Counted from the stretch's first letter, positions 1 through 11,565 are shown. The stretch: DNA of 13,923 nt from a virus (IMGVR_UViG_2700989285_000005), one strand, 5' to 3'. Program-made: numbers and translations. The notes: generated from the sequence alone by a model not told the origin.

Positions 1-10
1 TCCATAGTTC

Positions 11-33
11 AAAAACAGAGGCTTTTTCCTCTG
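11..33 (-). terminator. Putative intrinsic terminator, canonical only in minus-strand orientation
   Basis: Inverted repeat CAGAGG (16-21) / CCTCTG (28-33) with a 6-nt loop. Read on the minus strand the stem is followed by TTTTT (complement of A11-A15). On the plus strand no T-tract follows. No minus-strand gene lies upstream of it in the window. Confidence 0.3.
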
Positions 34-95
34 CTGTAAATGTTCGTCTCATTCAAAAAACCTCCGCAACCCCATGTTTTCACATAACTGTTGCG

Positions 96-125
96 TTGAC
101 CAATTGAATCTACACCTACTATATT
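96..125 (+). promoter_or_regulatory. Candidate sigma70 promoter for the 231..1190 gene
   Basis: TTGACC at 96-101, 18-nt spacer, TATATT at 120-125. By eye only; not scored. Confidence 0.3.
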
Positions 126-230
126 AGGAATAGTCAATAACAGAAAAATTGTCAGTGATGAAGCCAGAAAGGCAATTTAGTCCGTGCACTACAAAGTTTA
201 TGTGTTAATGAATTAGTCAAGGGGGAGGAA

Positions 231-1190
231 ATGATAAAAAAACCTGTGATTGGGATCAGCGGTTGTTTGGGCGGTTCTGCTGTTCGTTTTGATGGTGGTC
301 ACAAAAGAGATGACTTTTTAATGGACAAATTAGTGGAATGGGTAACATTCAGACCAGTATGTCCGGAAATGGCTATAGGGCTGCCAGTTCCGCGTCCTGC
401 TCTACGACTTGTGCGCTCGAAGCAAGGAAATATACGGATGTGTTTCAGCCACGACCAGAATGAGGATGTGACAGAGAGAATGACAGAGTTTAGTCGTTCT
501 TATATGGACAAATTAAAGGATGTATCGGGGTTTGTGGTTTGTGCTAAATCTCCCAGCTGTGGCATGGAGCGCGTGCGTGTCTATGATGAAAATGGTAATC
601 GAGGTCGTAAAGATGGAGTGGGACTATTTACGAGCACTTTGATGGAAAAGTTTTCCTGGCTACCGGTTGAAGAGGATGGGCGATTACATGATCCAGTGCT
701 TCGTGAGAATTTTATTGAAAGAGTTTTTGCTTTGCATGAGCTCAATCACCTTTACAAGGAGAAATTATCAAGAAGAGAGTTATTAGCTTTTCATAGTCGT
801 TATAAGCTTCAGTTGTTGGCGCATAGCCAGGCAGGCTATAAAGATATGGGACCATTTGTGGCTGCAATACACGAGTGGGCGGACCTTGAATCATACTTTG
901 AGGTGTATCGTGATAATCTGATGGCGATTCTCAGAAAACCAGCATCACGTAAAAATCACACGAATGTGCTGATGCATATACAGGGGTATTTTAGTAATTA
1001 CTTAAGTACACGCCAGCGTAAAGAGTTGAGCGAGGTTATACTTAACTATCGCTTTGGCACATTGCCTCTTCTTGCGCCGTTGACTCTGCTGAAGCATTAT
1101 CTGGGTGAGTATCCTAATGATTACTTGCTTACACAGAATTACTTCGATCCCTATCCGGAAGAACTGGCTCTAAGACTGATGGTGAATTAA
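231..1190 (+). CDS. DUF523 (TudS-like thiouracil desulfidase fold) fused to DUF1722; YbgA-like two-domain protein, 319 aa
   Basis: ORF with strong RBS (GGGGGAGGA at 213-221). N-terminal motifs GISGCLGG (Cys12), RPVCPE (Cys44) and SPSCG (Cys110) resemble the Cys ligands of DUF523/TudS [4Fe-4S] proteins. The C-terminal half is helical, DUF1722-like. Family assignment is from memory, not a search. Confidence 0.7.
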   Translation: MIKKPVIGISGCLGGSAVRFDGGHKRDDFLMDKLVEWVTFRPVCPEMAIGLPVPRPALRLVRSKQGNIRMCFSHDQNEDVTERMTEFSRSYMDKLKDVSGFVVCAKSPSCGMERVRVYDENGNRGRKDGVGLFTSTLMEKFSWLPVEEDGRLHDPVLRENFIERVFALHELNHLYKEKLSRRELLAFHSRYKLQLLAHSQAGYKDMGPFVAAIHEWADLESYFEVYRDNLMAILRKPASRKNHTNVLMHIQGYFSNYLSTRQRKELSEVILNYRFGTLPLLAPLTLLKHYLGEYPNDYLLTQNYFDPYPEELALRLMVN

Positions 1191-1587
1191 CTGTATGCGA
1201 TATCATCTGAAAGTGATGAGTTCCTGTATGCAGGATATTTACAATCGTAAAAACTACGCTATGATGCTCATAGTGTCAGTTTTTATAAAAATCCTGTTCA
1301 CGCTAAAGAAAACATTGAGATGCAATTTAATGTTGGTAAACATACCAGCCCCAAAAGATTTTATTCAATCTGTTTTTATATGAAGATATTTCAAGTGAAT
1401 ATTAAGAGCATATAATATTATTATTGCACGCAGCTATTATAATATAACAGATTAGTTTAATGATTTGTTTTTTGTGAGTTAAACACATGGTTTTATAGTT
1501 GTGATGCAATGAGATTTTCCTTATTGTTGAACTGGCGAATATTGATTTTCCACCTATACTTACCTGGTGTAACCCCAATGATATCAG

Positions 1588-2310
1588 GTGGATAATATGC
1601 CATACATATGTTCTATCATTTTGGTGTTGAACTCGTTTGGTGTCCGAATTGGTAAAGAAGATATTTTGTTTAAAAAAGGAAATGCTGTTCTCATTGAATA
1701 CAATTTAAAAGATCTTTTTTCGTCAAATACAGATCATCTAATGATCGTAGATGTTGAGGAGAAAACAGTTAATGATTTCTTTAAAAACTACACACTCTCA
1801 CCTTTTTCTGTAAGAAGGTTTTATCCGTCATACTTGATAGTAGAATGTGAAGATTTTTCATTGTTAAAGAACTTGGTTGCATGCTTGAATTGTGATAGCA
1901 AAACCGTGGATGTAGTTAGAAATCAAATATCACTTGCATGTCTTGCTGTCTTATCTTCAGAGAAAATAGTGCAAAGTTTTTTGTTCGGAAGTCTTAATAG
2001 CTTAGGTTGTAAAGTTAAGGCTATTATTCACTCGGATATCTCAGCGTCATGGAGACTTTGTGATATATCTTCAAGATTATATATGAGCGAGAGTTTGTTA
2101 AAAAGAAAATTAAAAGACGAAGGATTATCGTTTAGTAAATTAATTCTTGAAGAACGAATGATGATGGCGCAAAGATTATTGATCTACAGTAACCATACTG
2201 TCGGCAAGGTGGCGGGAATATGCGGGTATGACAATGCATCATATTTTGTAAGTGTTTTTAGAGGATATTTTGGTGTGCCTCCGCACCAATATTTATCAAG
2301 ATTTTCTTAG
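1588..2310 (+). CDS. AraC/XylS-family transcriptional regulator, 240 aa, very AT-rich
   Basis: C-terminal region (LSFSKLILEERMMMAQRLLIYSNHTVGKVAGICGYDNASYFVSVFRGYFGVPPHQY) matches the two-HTH AraC DNA-binding domain. The gene and its 400-bp upstream region are visibly low-GC compared with neighbours, suggesting separate acquisition. Confidence 0.8.
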   Translation: MDNMPYICSIILVLNSFGVRIGKEDILFKKGNAVLIEYNLKDLFSSNTDHLMIVDVEEKTVNDFFKNYTLSPFSVRRFYPSYLIVECEDFSLLKNLVACLNCDSKTVDVVRNQISLACLAVLSSEKIVQSFLFGSLNSLGCKVKAIIHSDISASWRLCDISSRLYMSESLLKRKLKDEGLSFSKLILEERMMMAQRLLIYSNHTVGKVAGICGYDNASYFVSVFRGYFGVPPHQYLSRFS

Positions 2311-2378
2311 AAGATATGATGTGATGGCATTTTATAAAGTTATTTTTTGAAGTGTAAGATTATACGATATTTTTAGCT

Positions 2379-2410
2379 ACGCCAGAATAATTGCTGGCGT
2401 TTTTCTTTTT
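2379..2410 (+). terminator. Rho-independent terminator after the AraC-family gene
   Basis: Stem ACGCCAG (2379-2385) / CTGGCGT (2394-2400), 8-nt loop, then TTTTTCTTTTT. Confidence 0.7.
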
Positions 2411-2500
2411 GAATAGATGTTCGGGCCTTACGCTAATGTAACTTCTTTCCTTCTTCGAACCAAACCGTGTACACCATCCGTTATCTGCGGAGGTGAGGCT

Positions 2501-2716
2501 ATGAAATCCATGGATAAGTTAACAACGGGCATCGCCTACAGCACCTCTGCAGGCAGTGCTGGCTACTGGTTTTTACAGTTGCTCGATAAAGTCACGCCCT
2601 CACAGTGGGCGGCAATAGGTGTATTGGGTAGTCTGGTATTTGGCATGCTGACGTATCTGACAAACCTTTATTTCAAGATTAAAGAAGACAAGCGTAAGGC
2701 TGCACGGGGAGAGTAA
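2501..2716 (+). CDS. essQ: Class II holin / pinholin (phage 21 S-like), 71 aa, dual-start motif
   Basis: RBS GGAGGTGA at 2489-2496. Starts MKSMDK, with Met1 and Met4 giving the antiholin/holin dual start. Two TMDs: a Gly/Ala/Ser-rich SAR-like TMD1 and a hydrophobic TMD2, then a charged C-terminus [13 protein letters not shown]. The 99-aa ORF from 2417 in the track is probably an over-extension. Confidence 0.85.
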   Translation: MKSMDKLTTGIAYSTSAGSAGYWFLQLLDKVTPSQWAAIGVLGSLVFGMLTYLTNLYFKIKEDKRKAARGE

Positions 2717-2720
2717 TTCA

Positions 2721-3035
2721 ATGACTCAAAAATATGAACTGATTGTGAAAGGGATCCGCAATTTTGAGAATAAAGTTACGGTAACTTTAGCGTTACGGGA
2801 CAAAGAACGCTTTGACGGTGAAATTTTTGACCTGGACATCTCGCTGGACCATGTTGAAGGTGCCGCGCTGGAGTTTTATGAGGCAGCAGCCAGAAGGAGC
2901 ATCAGACAGGTCTTCCTGGATGTTGCTGCCGGGTTATGTGAAGGGGACGAGCTGTTGCCAGAAACGCGACCCTGTTCAGAGGCTCGGTATACCATAAAAA
3001 TTAACAGTTCAGATAACTCGATTACGGGTTGTTAG
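2721..3035 (+). CDS. ydfR: YdfR-like small prophage protein of unknown function, 104 aa
   Basis: ORF sits between holin and endolysin as in Qin (essQ-ydfR-rrrQ). Start overlaps the holin end region with GGGGAGAG upstream. Identified by synteny and recall only. Confidence 0.65.
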   Translation: MTQKYELIVKGIRNFENKVTVTLALRDKERFDGEIFDLDISLDHVEGAALEFYEAAARRSIRQVFLDVAAGLCEGDELLPETRPCSEARYTIKINSSDNSITGC

Positions 3036-3090
3036 CTTTTTGCAGTTGGCTTTCCAGTATCTTTCATTGGTAGCATCCTGATAAATATCC

Positions 3091-4118
<1,028 letters not shown>

Positions 4119-4368
4119 GGTAATATTAAATCGGAACATTTACATCGCGGAATGTAAAATTTAAATAAAAAGGACTCTTCCATGAGCCAAAATTCCTGAA
4201 ATCTTAAGGGTAAGATAAAAGGTCTTAATCAGAATGACACGTTTTATTAATAAATAAAGCTATTCTTTCATTGCTGTGTTTTTCTTTACAAAAGTAATCC
4301 TTGCTATGGGTGGTTAATCATGCGTTAATGGTGTTCTGGTTTGTTACAAATTTATCTGAAGCAGTCAT

Positions 4369-4377
4369 TGTTATAAT
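4369..4377 (+). promoter_or_regulatory. Candidate extended -10 promoter (TGtTATAAT) for the cold-shock gene
   Basis: TG at 4369-4370 and TATAAT at 4372-4377. This would give a roughly 95-nt 5' leader before ATG 4480, consistent with the long leaders of cspA-family genes. Confidence 0.3.
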
Positions 4378-4479
4378 TTTATTATTTGTACCTCTTGAGA
4401 TTTCCTTGTTGGTTTTTCTCTCTGATATTTTTTTCGGACCATTCTGCCCAAGGGCTAATTTCTTCAAAAGGTAATAATT

Positions 4480-4692
4480 ATGTCTAACAAAATGACTGGT
4501 TTAGTGAAATGGTTTAACCCTGAAAAAGGTTTTGGTTTCATCACGCCGAAAGATGGCAGCAAAGATGTGTTTGTCCATTTCTCAGCAATTCAGAGCAACG
4601 ATTTCAAAACATTAACTGAGAATCAGGAAGTTGAATTTGGTATTGAGAACGGACCTAAAGGTCCTGCCGCTGTTCATGTAGTGGCGCTTTGA
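4480..4692 (+). CDS. cspI: CspA-family cold-shock protein, 70 aa
   Basis: Starts [16 protein letters not shown]1 KGFGFI and RNP2 VFVHF motifs present. Length and position after Rz match cspI of Qin. Confidence 0.9.
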   Translation: MSNKMTGLVKWFNPEKGFGFITPKDGSKDVFVHFSAIQSNDFKTLTENQEVEFGIENGPKGPAAVHVVAL

Positions 4693-4723
4693 GGTAGACA
4701 ATATTACAAACCATATTCACTTT

Positions 4724-4891
4724 AGATGCCCGTGTTGTCATGGTTCCCAGTATAGAACATCATCTTTTGATGTTTCTGACATGAATCCTTTCGGGGCAAA
4801 ATGTATCTTTTGTAAATCAATGATGATTACATTTGATAATATTTCACAATACTTAAATGCCAGCCGTCTGTCGTTGGATTTAAAAAAGTGA
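4724..4891 (+). CDS. Zinc-ribbon mini-protein (CPCC...CIFC), YnfU/YmcF-like, with no in-frame canonical start codon
   Basis: Open frame encodes RCPCCHGSQYRTSSFDVSDMNPFGAKCIFCKSMMITFDNISQYLNASRLSLDLKK, ending at TGA 4889-4891 just before a strong terminator. The only nearby ATG (4726-4728) is out of frame by 1 nt and gives a 9-codon peptide. No GTG/TTG start upstream in frame. Confidence 0.4.
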   Translation, partial: RCPCCHGSQYRTSSFDVSDMNPFGAKCIFCKSMMITFDNISQYLNASRLSLDLKK

Positions 4892-4896
4892 AAATG

Positions 4897-4919
4897 AAGG
4901 CTCCTTCGGGAGCTTTTTT
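4897..4919 (+). terminator. Rho-independent terminator with UUCG tetraloop
   Basis: GCTCC (4900-4904), TTCG loop, GGAGC (4909-4913), then TTTTTT (4914-4919). Confidence 0.7.
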
Positions 4920-5037
4920 GCTTGGTGTCTATTCGATGGATACTCACATACTACGGTAACATCATGAAAAAAATCATAGTTTTTTTAACTCTGAACCAGC
5001 AGTGGTAGTGCCAGCGATGACTGGAGTTAACACCATC

Positions 5038-5193
5038 ATGCGTGAATATCCAAATGGCGAAAAAACACACCTTACTGTAATGGCCGCAGGGTTTCCATCT
5101 CTGACCGGAGATCATAAAGTCATTTATGTAGCCGCGGATCGACATGTTACTTCAGAAGAAATTCTGGAAGCAGCAATAAGGCTCTTGAGTTGA
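5038..5193 (+). CDS. ynfN: Small prophage protein, 51 aa from MREYPNGEK (YnfN-like)
   Basis: The 63-aa track ORF starts at 5002. An internal Met at 5038 gives 51 aa, the length I recall for Qin YnfN, and the position between cspI and gnsB matches. Start choice uncertain. Confidence 0.5.
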   Translation: MREYPNGEKTHLTVMAAGFPSLTGDHKVIYVAADRHVTSEEILEAAIRLLS

Positions 5194-5364
5194 TTTGATG
5201 CTATTGCATTGATAATTCAGGAAAATTCTCTTTGTCTGTTTGTGTAAAATTTAGACTATCGTATGTTGATTATTGCGATGTTTCATCTTATCTTTTACAC
5301 GTTTGCACCATATAATCGACTTACTGTGTAACTGGAAAGTCATAACAGACTAAAAGAGGAAATG

Positions 5365-5538
5365 ATGAATATTGAAAACTTAAAAACAAAAGCAGAAGCA
5401 GATATTTCTGAATATATAACAAAAAAAATTATTGAACTTAAGAAAAAGACCGGGAAAGAAGTTACCAGTATTCAGTTTACCGCACGGGAAAAAATGACGG
5501 GTCTTGAAAGCTATGATGTCAAGATTAATTTAATCTGA
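5365..5538 (+). CDS. gnsB: GnsA/GnsB-family small protein, 57 aa
   Basis: Below the 60-aa track cutoff. RBS AAAGAGGA at 5352-5359. Sequence MNIENLKTKAEADISEYITKKIIELKKKTGKEVTSIQFTAREKMTGLESYDVKINLI matches the Gns family. An alternative ATG lies at 5362. Confidence 0.8.
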   Translation: MNIENLKTKAEADISEYITKKIIELKKKTGKEVTSIQFTAREKMTGLESYDVKINLI

Positions 5539-5567
5539 TGTATTCAATAATAAAATTTATCCATAAA

Positions 5568-5587
5568 CCTCGTTTTTACGGGGTTTT
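5568..5587 (+). terminator. Rho-independent terminator after gnsB
   Basis: CCTCGT (5568-5573), TTTT loop, ACGGGG (5578-5583) with one G-U pair, then TTTT. Confidence 0.55.
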
Positions 5588-5689
5588 GTTATATTTGAAT
5601 GGTTCCGAATATCTAAATCACAATTGTTGATGGTTTTTATTAAACCAATGCAGTCCGGCTCAGGAGTGAGAGAAGCCGGACGTTATGGT

Positions 5690-6100
5690 TTAGCGTGGTA
5701 AGATCTGTGTAGTTTTCTGGATGCTTTCAGTAAATAGTAATGAATTATCAAAGGTATAGTAATATCTTTTTTGTTCGTGGATATTTGTAACCCACCGAAA
5801 AACTCCTGCTTTAGCAAGGTTTCTTCTGTATTCCTGAAATGTGATCTCTCTGGATTTCAGCTTATTAGAGGTCGTTTCTATAAGATGCCTATCCTTTGAA
5901 AATTTGACAGACACAATGTTTTTTAGGCCCTTTAATAACACTGTATTATCATTTTTTAATACAATATGAACATTCTCTGTGGCTAAATAGTAAATGTAAT
6001 GTGAGACATTGTGACGTTTTAGCTCAGAATAAAACCATTGATAGTTTAAATCGTTTCGAACTTTATCAAATATTTGTTTAAAAATGACTACCTGATCCAT
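5690..6100 (-). CDS. ydfO: DUF1398-family prophage protein (YdfO/YbcV-like), 136 aa from the second Met
   Basis: Minus-strand ORF. ATG at 6100 has a GGAAGG Shine-Dalgarno 7 nt upstream, while the ATG at 6115 has none. Synteny with Qin ydfO. A hairpin GTCCGGCT/AGCCGGAC (5653-5681) lies just past the stop. Confidence 0.7.
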
Positions 6101-6157
6101 AGATAAACCTTCCATGTGATATGAGGGGGCGTAGTCTGCACGATTATCTAAATTGCT

Positions 6158-6391
6158 TCAATCTGGTCTGACCTGTTTTCTGAGCAATTCAGTAATGTCA
6201 CTCTTTTCTTTGTTTGCTTCAGAAGAAACTCTTTTTTCTGAGCACAGTCTCCGGCGGCAGGCTTCAATGACCCAGGCTGAGAAATTCCCGGACCCTTTTT
6301 GCTCAAGAGCGATGTTAATTTGTTCAATCATTTGGTTAGGAAAGCGGATGTTGCGGGTTGTTGTTCTGCGGGTTCTGTTCTTCGTTGACAT
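6158..6391 (-). CDS. ynfO: Ribbon-helix-helix (Arc/MetJ/CopG-like) DNA-binding protein, 77 aa
   Basis: Pattern of beta-strand RNIRFP, helix NQMIEQINIALEQ, loop KGSGN, helix FSAWVIEACRRRL is typical of RHH proteins. Lies 57 nt upstream of ydfO on the same strand. Preferred over the antisense plus-strand ORF 6153..6419. Confidence 0.65.
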   Translation of the reverse strand: MSTKNRTRRTTTRNIRFPNQMIEQINIALEQKGSGNFSAWVIEACRRRLCSEKRVSSEANKEKSDITELLRKQVRPD

Positions 6392-6590
6392 GAGGTTGTC
6401 CCGTATTCAGTGTCGCTGATTTGTATTGTCTGAAGTTGTTTTTACGTTAAGTTGATGCAGATCAATTAATACGATATCTGCGTCATAATTGATTATTTGA
6501 CGTGGTTTGATTGCGTAGATGCACGTTGTGACATGCAGATGATAATTATTATCATTTTGCGGGTCCTTTCCGGCGATCCGACAGGTTACG

Positions 6591-6602
6591 GGGCGGCGAC
6601 CT
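6591..6602 (+). other. cosN cohesive-end sequence GGGCGGCGACCT
   Basis: Exact 12-nt lambda cohesive-end sequence (from memory) at the expected place relative to Nu1. Confidence 0.8.
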
Positions 6603-6700
6603 CGCGGGTTTTCGCTATTTATGAAAATTTTCCGGTTTAAGGCATTTCCGTTCTTCTTCGTCGTAACTTAATGTTTTTATTTAAAATACCCCCTGAAAAG

Positions 6701-6753
6701 AAAGGAAACGACAGGTGCTGAAAACGAGCTTTTGGGCCTCTGTCGTTTCCTTT
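6701..6753 (+). repeat. Perfect 14-bp inverted repeat within cosB (R2/R1-like terminase small-subunit binding sites)
   Basis: AAAGGAAACGACAG at 6701-6714 and its reverse complement CTGTCGTTTCCTTT at 6740-6753, separated by 25 bp. Confidence 0.8.
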
Positions 6754-6779
6754 CTCTGTTTTTGGCCGTGGAATGAACA

Positions 6780-7299
6780 ATGGAAGTCAACAAAAAGCAG
6801 CTGGCTGACATTTTCGGTGCGAGTATCCGTACCATTCAGAACTGGCAGGAACAGGGAATGCCCGTTCTGCGAGGCGGTGGCAAGGGTAATGAGGTGCTTT
6901 ATGACTCTGCCGCCGTTATAAGATGGTATGCCGAAAGGGATGCTGAAATTGAGAACGAAAAGCTGCGCCGGGAAGTTGAAGAACTGCGGCAGGCCAGCGA
7001 GACAGATCTCCAGCCAGGGACTATTGAGTACGAACGCCATCGACTTACGCGTGCGCAGGCCGACGCACAGGAGCTGAAAAATGCCAGAGACTCCGCTGAA
7101 GTGGTGGAAACCGCATTCTGTACTTTCGTGCTGTCGCGGATCGCAGGTGAAATTGCCAGTATTCTCGACGGGATCCCCCTGTCGGTGCAGCGGCGTTTTC
7201 CGGAACTGGAAAACCGACATGTTGATTTCCTGAAACGGGATATCATCAAAGCCATGAACAAAGCAGCCGCGCTGGATGAACTGATACCGGGGTTGCTGA

Positions 7300-7325
<26 letters not shown>
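6780..7325 (+). CDS. nu1: Terminase small subunit gpNu1, full length, 181 aa
   Basis: Starts MEVNKKQLADIFGASIRTIQNWQEQGMPVLRGGGKGNEVLYD, the lambda Nu1 HTH region. Length equals lambda Nu1. Overlaps A by 26 nt. Confidence 0.95.
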
Positions 7326-10315
<2,990 letters not shown>

Positions 10316-10337
10316 GGTAAAACATATAAATTCTATA

Positions 10338-10361
10338 ATTAGATGTATCATTAGATGTATC
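10338..10361. repeat. Perfect tandem duplication of the 12-bp unit ATTAGATGTATC
   Basis: Copies at 10338-10349 and 10350-10361, in the intergenic region between the tfa remnant and the 3' end of pin. Confidence 0.9.
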
Positions 10362-10424
10362 TTTCCATTTACGGCAAGGAAGGTGGCTTGGAAGACGTAA
10401 AGCATCTCACACCGAGATTATTTT

Positions 10425-11015
10425 TTATATGTCAGGTGTCTGAAGTTTTGCTTTGGCTCTTAAAATGGTTTGCCGCGAGGTTTTGAATTCCCGGGCAATG
10501 GCACTTATACTTACACCTGACTTAATTCGTTCGAATACCACCTGTTTCTGTTCTTCATTTAACACAGGTGGTCGACCAAAACGTTTCCCTGCGCCCCGGG
10601 CTCTTACTATCCCGGAATGAGTGCGTTCAAGTAAAAGGTCTCGTTCAAATTCAGCGACTGCTGAAATTACTTGCATCATCATTTTTCCTGTTGGACTGGT
10701 CAGGTCAATGCCCCCCAATGCTAAGCAATGCACTCTGATACCTGTTTCGGTCAGTTGTTCCACTGTTTTCCTGATATCCATTGCATTACAACCAAGGCGA
10801 TCCAGTTTTGTCACAATCAATTGATCACCACATTTCAGGCGAGCAAGCAACCGGTTAAAACCAGGACGCTCACTGGTTGCTGCTGAGCCGCTAATGTGTT
10901 CTTCGATTATTTGCTGAGGTTTGATTTTAAAACCTGCACTTTCGATTTCCCGGCGTTGATTTTCGGTGGTCTGATCCAGCGTTGATATCCGACAGTAAGC
11001 AAAAATTCGAGACAT
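10425..11015 (-). CDS. pinQ: Pin-type serine DNA invertase (Din family), 196 aa
   Basis: N-terminal catalytic region YCRISTLDQ (active-site Ser), resolvase/invertase core, C-terminal HTH ([22 protein letters not shown]). Length and position match pinQ/pinR. Confidence 0.9.
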
Positions 11016-11138
11016 AGTGAGACTCTATACGAAATTGGTGTTCATATCATAATGCATCTCAGAAAATAATTTTGATTATTTTTGTGCATATTTGTATGTA
11101 CACGTTCGAAAATAAACGAATGCGTATGCAACCCCGTA

Positions 11139-11166
11139 ATTTTGGTGAGACCCAAAATCGATTTTG
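11139..11166. repeat. Overlapping palindromes upstream of pin: ATTTTGG-N6-CCAAAAT and the perfect 14-bp palindrome CAAAATCGATTTTG
   Basis: TTTTGG at 11140-11145 and CCAAAA at 11152-11157. CAAAATCGATTTTG at 11153-11166. Lies 125-150 bp upstream of the pin start codon. Candidate operator. Confidence 0.6.
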
Positions 11167-11331
11167 TGAAAAATGGCTTTAACTCGGTTTGTTTTTCGAG
11201 TTCCGGGCGGACTCAAGGAAGAAGAATAGTGTTGCGTGTTATTTTAACCAGATTTCAAGTTGTTTGGTCGTGGAAAAGTGGAGCAAAATGTTGTTAAAGT
11301 GGAAAAATGATAAAAAAGTAAGTTTATTATA

Positions 11332-11565
11332 TTACATTTTACCATTTAAATTTTGGTTGTCTTTAAGAACTGATATCGCTGTTTGTAATAATTCTTTGTT
11401 ATCCAGCCATGATTTTTTCTTTATGTTTCCTTCAATGTAATCAAGCAATGTTCTGGTATTGATAGGTCTTCCCTGTTTTGCTACTTCCACTACAGCATCC
11501 CCTAGGATAATTCTTACTTCAGGAAGCTGCGCAGGGAACCACTTTAGGGTGTCTTTTGATTTCAT
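11332..11565 (-). CDS. ydfK: YdfK/YnaE-family small prophage protein, 77 aa
   Basis: Start at internal Met (MKSKDTLKWFPAQLPE...) with AAGGAA Shine-Dalgarno 7 nt upstream. The track ORF is extended to 11598 without an RBS. Position next to pin as in Qin/Rac. Confidence 0.75.
   Translation of the reverse strand: MKSKDTLKWFPAQLPEVRIILGDAVVEVAKQGRPINTRTLLDYIEGNIKKKSWLDNKELLQTAISVLKDNQNLNGKM

Larger units (their letters stand above)
6480..6779 (+). other. Lambda-type cos DNA-packaging site (cosQ side, cosN, cosB)
   Basis: 6560-6590 matches the lambda right end (GGGTCCTTTCCGGCGATCCGACAGGTTACG) and 6591 onward matches the lambda left end as I remember it. Nu1 follows at the expected distance. Confidence 0.85.

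Noticed and set aside
1195-1383. 62-aa plus-strand ORF immediately after the DUF523/DUF1722 gene
   Set aside because: It lies in AT-rich intergenic DNA, has no Shine-Dalgarno, and is low-complexity and hydrophobic. It reads as a chance ORF in a promoter region.
2417-2716. 99-aa extended version of the holin ORF
   Set aside because: The strong RBS and the conserved MKSMDK dual-start motif are at 2501. The upstream extension has no RBS and overlaps the terminator T-tract.
2812-2997. 61-aa ORF in an alternative frame inside ydfR
   Set aside because: Fully contained in a better-supported ORF on the same strand, with no independent signals.
4738-5145. Minus-strand ORFs 4738..4947 and 4951..5145
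   Set aside because: They are antisense to the zinc-ribbon ORF and the ynfN-like gene, and the plus-strand terminator at 4897-4919 fits plus-strand genes here.
6153-6419. 88-aa plus-strand ORF overlapping ynfO
   Set aside because: The minus-strand frame encodes a clean ribbon-helix-helix fold and matches Qin synteny, while the plus-strand product has no recognisable features.
10316-11331. Din-family (gix/hix-like) crossover sites flanking an invertible segment next to pin
   Set aside because: I could not find a convincing 26-bp site with an AAACC-NN-GGTTT core. The palindromes present have the opposite arrangement. A weight-matrix search would be needed for a firm negative.
11082-11440. Plus-strand ORFs 11082..11297 and 11189..11440
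   Set aside because: They cover the pin promoter region and run antisense into ydfK, with no RBS and low-complexity translations.
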